DNA of 64,000 nt from Paramoeba atlantica (taxonomy: Eukaryota; Protista; Discosea). The position numbers and the translations under genes are program-made. The stretch spans positions 124,001 through 188,000 of the forward strand of contig CDRNVI010000163.1 in NCBI GenBank assembly GCA_977017575.1, in the 5' to 3' direction. A model generated the notes under the pieces. The model was not told where the DNA came from, searched no databases, and worked only from the letters and a program-made list of their open reading frames with translations. Below are positions 61,027-64,000 of this stretch, piece by piece (within the stretch, counting starts at the first letter, position 1; each line of letters begins with the position of its first letter).

Positions 61027-63051
61027 TTAGTTCCTGGAAGCAAATGGACCAATCCCATAATGACGAAGCATATCGCTTTGTCTCAAGACCCTCTTCTTTT
61101 GTCGAACGGTATCGTGGAAGTAAACTTCACCACCATCCAAATTCTGTTTTTGCAAAAATCTTTGAGCCATATTGATCGAAGCCAATGGCATATACCCTGG
61201 AACAGTATGTCCAGCTCCTTTGACAGTTGCATAAGTATATTGATCAAATTGCTCAACATAACCAACAGTCGCTCCATTCACAAACCAAGGACCCCACTCC
61301 TGTGTAAGAGTACCATCCAACTCTTGCAAGCAAGTAGTAGTATATTGACCAGGAACAGTTGCAACATCAACATCACCACTGTAGACCAAAATATGAACAT
61401 CAGGTCTTTGGCTGATCAAAGTTTGATAGTAAGGGATCATTGATCCTGCGTTACGAGCATAGACGAGAATGTCACACTCTTGCCATTCCCCACTTCGGGC
61501 AACAGGGGCATGGGCATGGAGGGCTGCTTGGACATCAGATCTGCTGAGATAAGTTTGCAAAGCTTCGTCGCCAGTTGGGAGCTTTAAGAAAACAAAAAAA
61601 AAAATATTTAGAGAAAGAAAAAAAAAAGAAAAGAAAGAAAGAATAATAAAAAAAAAATTACATTCTCTTCAAGAGAGACAGCCCAATTCAAAGTACCATT
61701 TTCGGTGATAAAATCTTGATACAAATCATCAGTATCAAGAGAAGGTTGAGTTCCATTGAAGGAAAAATCTCCAATTTCTTGATAAATTTGTCCGACTTGA
61801 CTTTGAGCTTCTGTGTAAAGTCTTTCGCAGTGGGTGGTGAAAGTCTCGGCACAACCTACCAAACAAATATTAATTTTAAAAAAGAAAAAAGAAAAAAGAA
61901 AAAAGAAAAAAGAAAAAAAGAAAAAAGAAAAAAGAAAAGAAAGAAAAGAAAATTGGACCAGCTTCATTCCAGTTATCGATGGCAGATTGAGAAATAAGTT
62001 GATGCCAATAGTAAATATTAATTTGGAGGTCCTTTGACTTCAAAGAATCGCAGTCAAAAACGGGGTTGCCATTCATGGTTCCTTTGATAAGCAAAAACAA
62101 ATAAGTACAATCCAAAAAAAAGAGAGTTGGAATTTTTTTTTTTGCAAAAAAAATAATCACAAAGAAAAAGAAGAAAAAAAAAACCAGCAAATTGTTTGTA
62201 AATGTTAGAGTCTGGGTGATTGACGATTTGGCTCGACAACATTGGGATATAAACTCCACCATAACTTTCACCAGCCAACCAAGTTTCACGACCAATAAAA
62301 CGAGGATTTGCTTCCAAAAATCCCTCAACAAAGTTGAAATTGTCAGCAGCAGCTTGGAAATCACCTTCACACACAAAAAAATATCAGAAAGAGAGATCAT
62401 GTGAGAGAGAGAGAGATAAGACAAAAAAATCAAAATTTTACCTGTATGGTAATTATATCCTTCCTCGTTACTGAAAGAGTAACCAACACCTGTTGGTTGT
62501 TCCAAGAAAACAATATTGGCAAAGGAATTCCAGGTCATGTCAGCCAAGTCGACAGTTCCATCGAGATTCACTCGGAAAGGACCGTTTTCTTGGAACATAC
62601 CACTCAAACCACTGCATCCTGTTGAGAGAGACAATTTTAAAAAGAGTTATCGAAGAACAAGAAAAAAGAAACAAAAAAGAAAATGAGAAGAGGAGAAAAG
62701 AAACCTGGTCCTCCTTGGAACCAAAAGATGAGGGGATCAGATTCTGGGGTTGGTCCTTGACTTTCAGTCAACCAATAAAAGTTATTGCGTTGATGGGTGG
62801 TATTAACCACAACATACCCAGTGGAACTGTTGAAGGGGAAGGGGTTTTGTCCAATGTAACCTGGGATAAAAAGTTTCAGTTTCAGTTTCTCTGTTTCAGA
62901 AAAGGGAAAGATTGAAAAGAATGAAAGAGGAGGGCAAACTAGGCAAAGTATCTGCAGTGACAGGATAAGGACCACAGAAATCACAAGCACCACTGACAAC
63001 TTCTCCCCACACCGCAAACACCACAAAGATCGCAAGACCCTTTGAAATCAT
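61027..63051 (-). CDS. Serine carboxypeptidase S10, copy 2 (tandem paralog)
   Basis: Signal peptide, WFQGGPG, FLEQPTGVGYSFS, GESYGG, YSGDVD and VKGAGHTVP; same intron positions as copy 1. Confidence 0.92.
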
Positions 63052-63767
63052 TCGATTTTTGGGAAAAAGCAAAAAAGAAAAAAGAAGAAAAGCGGAGAAT
63101 TTTTTGGATTTGTCATTAGGTGCTTTTGAAAAAAATACTTTTTCTCAATTAACTGATTTTCCAATAAAAAGAATGAAATTTTTTTAATCAAAACCGTCCC
63201 AAAATTCCTTTCAACTTCTATTTTTCACAACTTTTTTCGGGTGGTCATTTTTGCAAAAAAACCCGACAGCGTCGTGAAATTTCAAAGAGGGACCTAAAAG
63301 ATCATTTTTTGATTTTTTGGGAGTAAGAAAAAAAAAGGCAAGAAACTTCCAAAAGGACCCAAAGAAGGATTTTGTGCCTTTCTTTGAAGGAAGCATCATC
63401 ACTCATTCCTCCGAAAAGAATTGAAGACGTTTGTTGGAAGAGAGAGAGAGAGAAGAGTTCGTTCAGTTTCCAAACTTCACACTCCAAATCAACAATTCTT
63501 TGGTTTGGAAAAGTTCAAAAAAAGAAATCTCAAAAAAATCCGAAAAAGGAAAGGAAAGGAAATTTTTGTTTGTTGTTTGGGTTGCGAACATGATGCTGAG
63601 CACCTCAATGCTTTGCCATTCCCCTCGCCACTCATCATTCCCTCCCTTCCCCCAACCCCCCAACCCCCCCAAAACCCTCTCACAATTCTCGCAAACCAAA
63701 ACGGGAGAGTTGTTGCTAACTTTTTTTTTCTTTTGTCATTTGTTTGAGCACAACTTCTTTTCTCGAG

Positions 63768-64000
63768 ATGGCGAATGATATGTGTATGAGTTTGCAGCGT
63801 TCTGTTTCTTCTTCCCCTTATTTTCTGGACCTTTCAAATCGTACAGTTGGTGTGGTGGAGAGAAATGACCAATTAATGATGGAGGGGTACCTTTTGTTCA
63901 ATTCTGGATTCGGAACGTACCTGATTGATGAAGATGGGAGAGTTGTTCACGAATGGGTTTCTCAAATGAAAGTCTTCACTTCTAAATTGGCTGAAAATGG
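63768..64000 (+). CDS. 5' part of an arylsulfotransferase (ASST)-like gene, running off the window; an upstream exon near 63421-63708 is possible
   Basis: Open frame MANDMCMSLQ...EGYLLFNSGFGTYLIDEDGRVVHEWVSQMKVFTSKLAENG, matching the GYxLF..YLIDxxGxVVHxW pattern. Confidence 0.6.
   Translation, partial: MANDMCMSLQRSVSSSPYFLDLSNRTVGVVERNDQLMMEGYLLFNSGFGTYLIDEDGRVVHEWVSQMKVFTSKLAEN

Overview
Eukaryotic nuclear DNA: AT-rich, gene-dense, with many short introns and (TC)n/(TTTA)n microsatellites. The gene content and K/E-, S/P-rich low-complexity proteins suggest a free-living amoebozoan; this taxon call is inference. I hand-spliced about 19 genes: PINX1-like, COMMD9, GT15 mannosyltransferase, class-3 lipase, intronless GNAT-VOC fusion, EF-2 paralog, divergent G-alpha, a large orphan gene, two secreted PLAT-like paralogs, a talin-F0/F1-RhoGAP-SH3 protein, TMEM164, ataxin-2, a TLC protein, a giant RasGEF, two S10 carboxypeptidases and the start of an arylsulfotransferase-like gene. 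An accessory island at about 17.5-22.5 kb holds the best candidate for a new system: a PHIS-type (PIF/Harbinger-ISL2EU) DDE transposase that appears to splice in frame to a SWIM + C2H2 zinc-finger module as one gene. Beside it lie a LINE fragment and a decayed Ulp1/SENP8-like protease. Other highlights are an EF-2 paralog lacking GTPase motifs but keeping the diphthamide loop, a G-alpha lacking both catalytic residues, a RhoGAP lacking its arginine finger, and repeated decaying exon copies inside introns. Exon boundaries were read by eye, family calls come from motif memory without database searches, and some frameshifts fall in homopolymers and could be assembly errors. I found no rRNA, tRNA or CRISPR array.
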